Assembly: GCA_020137815.1 (NCBI GenBank)
Contig: CM035354.1
Location: 1,550,001 to 1,614,000 of the forward strand
DNA: 64,000 nt
Reading direction: 5' to 3'
DNA from: Hormiphora californensis
Taxonomy: Eukaryota; Animalia; Ctenophora
Numbering within the stretch: position 1 is the first letter of the stretch; the number at the start of each line of letters is the position of its first letter. Shown piece by piece: positions 60,743 to 64,000 of this stretch. A program made the position numbers and the translations under genes. The notes beneath the pieces are model-generated. The model made no database searches, was not told the origin of the DNA, and saw only the letters and a program-made list of their open reading frames with translations.

Positions 60743-63700
60743 AGCGCGCTCGCGAGACAAGCAAACACGTCAAGGTTCATTAACAAGCATGCTGCTCAGT
60801 CATTTTAGATTTAATACACAATGTAAGGATACCATGTAATAGGTGAGACTCTTGCCGTCACCCTCGTTCAAGTCCCGTGAAAAACGGAGCAGTACACGCA
60901 AACTGATGCCCATTTTCCTCGCGTGACCCCGATTCAGCAGTTTGAGACACCAACTCTTTAGGGGGCCATATCTCAGGAACCAGACAAGATAGGAAAAATC
61001 GCCGTCTAACGAGGCGTACAGTTTTTAATCTAGTTTACCACTGTACCGGCCGTTTCACTCTCCGACCTAAAACAAAAATCGCAACCCCACAAAACTTCAA
61101 AATAATGAAATTCGCATCTCGCATGTCGTGTTGCATGTCGTGTTGCATGTCGTGTCATGTTATTGACGCGCTCGCGTTCAACTCTCACACAGCAGCTGCA
61201 GAACATGGCGGGAAACATCGAGGAGTAGAGAGAGGGTCGGTGCCGAATCGAATATTTCTCGATCTTGATTTACTCCATCTCTCAGCTATCCTACCCCTCA
61301 TCTACTCCATCTTTCAGCTACCCAACCCCTTATCTAGTCCATCTCTCAGCTACCCTACTCCCCATCTACTCCATCTCTCAGCTTCCCTATTAGGGAAGCA
61401 TAGAGATGGAAACGATTAGGGGTAGGGAATCCCTATCCATAATCGTTTCCATCTCTATGCTTCCCTAGCCCTCATCAACTCCAACTTTCAGCTACCCTAC
61501 CCCTAATCTAGTCCATCTCTCCGCTACCCTACTCCTCATCTACTCCATCTCTCAGCTACCCTACCTCCCATTTACTCCATCTCTCAGCTTACTTACCTCC
61601 CATTTACTCCATCTCTCAGCTTCCCTACCTCCCATTTACTCCATCCCTCAGCTTCCCTACCTGCCATTTACTCCATATCTCAGCTACCCTACCACCCATT
61701 TACTCCATCTCTCAGCTACCCTACCTCCCATTTACTCCATCTCTCAGCTTACTTACCTCCCATTTACTCCATCTCTCAGCTTCCCTACCTCCCATTTACT
61801 CCATCCCTCAGCTTCCCTACCTGCCATTTACTCCATTTCTCAGCTTCCCTACCACCCATTTACTCCATCTCTCAGCTACCCTACCTCCCATTTACTCCAT
61901 CTCTCAGCTTCCCTACCTCTCATTTACTCCATCTCTCAGGGGTAGGAATGTTAGGATAAATGAGAGATGGAGTAAATGGTAGGTAAGGAAGCTGAGAGAT
62001 GGAGTAAATGGGAGGTAGGGAAGCTGAGAGATGGAGTAAATGGGAGGTAGGGCAGCTGAGAGATGGAGTAAATGGGAGGTAGGGAAGCTGAGAGATGGAG
62101 TATGTATGGGAGGTAAGGAAGCTGAGAGATGGAGTAAATGGGAGGTAGGGAAGCTGAGAGATGGAGTAAATGAGGGGTAAGGAAGCTGAGAGATGGAGTA
62201 AATGAGAGGTAGGGAAGGTAAGAGATGGAGTAAATGGGAGGTAGGGAAGCTGAGAGATGGAGTAAATGGGAGGTAGGGAAGGTAAGCGATGGAGTAAATG
62301 GGAGGTAGGGAAGCTGAGAGATGGAGTAAATGGGAGGTAGGGAAGCTGAGAGATGAAGTAAATGGGAGGTAGGGTAGCTGAAAGATGGAGTAAATAGGAG
62401 GTAGGGAAGCTGAGAGATGGAGTAAATGGGAGGTAGGGAAGGTAAGCGATGGAGTAAATGGGAGGTAGGGAAGCTGAGAGATGGAGTAAATGGGAGGTAG
62501 GGAAGCTGAGAGATGAAGTAAATGGGAGGTAGGGTAGCTGAGAGATGGAGTAAATGGGAGGTAGGGAAGCTGAGAGATGGAGTAAATGGGAGGTAGGCAA
62601 GCTGAGGGATGGAGTAAATGGGAGGTAGGGAAGCTGAGAGATGGAGTAAATGGGAGGTAGGGTAGCTGAGAGATGGAGTGAATGGGAGGTAGGGTAGCTG
62701 AGAGATGGAGTAAATGGGAGGTAGGGATGGAGTAAATGGGAGGTAGGGAAGCTGAGAGATGGAGTAAATGGGAGGTAGAGAAGCTGAGAGATGGAGTAAA
62801 TGGGAGGTAGGGTAGCTGAGAGATGGAGTGAATGGGAGGTAGGGTAGCTGAGAGATGGAGTAAATGGGAGGTAGGGAAGCTGAGAGATGGAGTAAATGGG
62901 AGGTAGGGAAGCTGAGAGATGGAGTAAATGGGAGGTAAGTAAGCTGAGAGATGGAGTAAATGGGAGGTAGGGTAGCTGAGAGATGGAGTAAATGGCAGGT
63001 AGGGAAGCTGAGATATGGAGTAAATGGGAGGTAGGTAAGCTGAGAGATGGAGTAAATGGGAGGTAGGGAAGCTGAGAGATGGAGTAAATGGGAGGTAGGG
63101 TAGCTGAGAGATGGAGTAAATGGGAGGTAGGGTAGCTGAGAGATGGAGTAGATGAGGAGTAGGGTAGCGGAGAGATGGACTAGATTAGGGGTAGGGTAGC
63201 TGAAAGATGGAGTTGATGAGGGCTAGGGAAGCATAGAGATGGAAACGATTATGGATAGGGATTCCCTACCCCTAATCGTTTCCATCTCTATGCTTCCCTA
63301 ATAGGGAAGCTGAGAGATGGAGTAAATGAGGAGTAGGGTAGCTGAGAGATGGACTAGATAAAGGGTTGGGTAGCTGAAAGATGGAGTAGATGAGGGGTAT
63401 GGTAGCTGAAAGATGGAGTAGATGAGGGGTAGGGTAGCTGAGAGATCGAGTTGATGAGGGGTAGGATAGCTGAGAGATGGAGTAGATCAAGATCGAGAAA
63501 TATTTGATTCGGCACCGACCCTCTCTCTACTCCTCGATGTTTCCCGCCATGTTCTGCAGCTGCTGTGTGAGAGTTGAACGCGAGCGCGTCAATAACATGA
63601 CACGACATGCAACACGACATGCAAGATGCGAATTTCATTATTTTGAAGTTTTGTGGGGTTGCGATTTTTGTTTTAGGTCGGAGAGTGAAACGGCCGGTAC

Positions 63701-64000
63701 AGTGGTAAACTAGATTAAAAACTGTACGCCTCGTTAGACGGCGATTTTTCCTATCTTGTCTGGTTCCTGAGATATGGCCCCCTAAAGAGTTGGTGTCTCA
63801 AACTGCTGAATCGGGGTCACGCGAGGAAAATGGGCATCAGTTTGCGTGTACTGCTCCGTTTTTCACGGGACTTGAACGAGGGTGACGGCAAGAGTCTCAC
63901 CTATTACATGGTATCCTTACATTGTGTATTAAATCTAAAATGACTGAGCAGCATGCTTGTTAATGAACCTTGACGTGTTTGCTTGTCTCGCGAGCGCGCT
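60743..64000. mobile_element. Large foldback element: long inverted arms with internal 32-bp tandem arrays (runs to window edge)
   Basis: About 60743-61937 is inverted relative to about 61960-64000. The inner arms consist of CTCCATCTCTCAGCTTCCCTACCTCCCATTTA repeats, with more copies in the right arm. Confidence 0.85.

Noticed and set aside
61920-62600. 226-aa repetitive ORF
   Set aside because: It is a translation of the 32-bp tandem array.

Overview
Intron-rich eukaryotic (animal) DNA, most likely from a ctenophore. That assignment is an inference from a module at 46424-46864 that I recall from ctenophore predicted proteins. Manual GT-AG splicing with phase checks recovers these genes: a calbindin/secretagogin-like EF-hand gene (-); a signal peptide-trypsin-CUB-LDLa-GPI protease (+); a GH5 endoglycoceramidase (+); a 638-aa TIR plus three-galectin fusion (+); URI1 (-); an intronless glycogen branching enzyme GBE1 (-); an SH2-domain gene (-); and an F-box/beta-rich gene (-). 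The TIR-galectin fusion is the most interesting item, as a candidate cytosolic glycan-sensing TIR/NADase receptor. Mobile DNA includes a full-length CR1/L2-type LINE, a 5'-truncated RTE-type LINE with a 12-bp TSD, and many large palindromic or foldback non-autonomous elements. There are several satellites (13, 32, 34 and 78 bp units). Some segments look like sequencing or consensus artefacts, and three single-base frameshifts in G runs probably are too. All homology calls come from motif recognition by eye; no searches were run.
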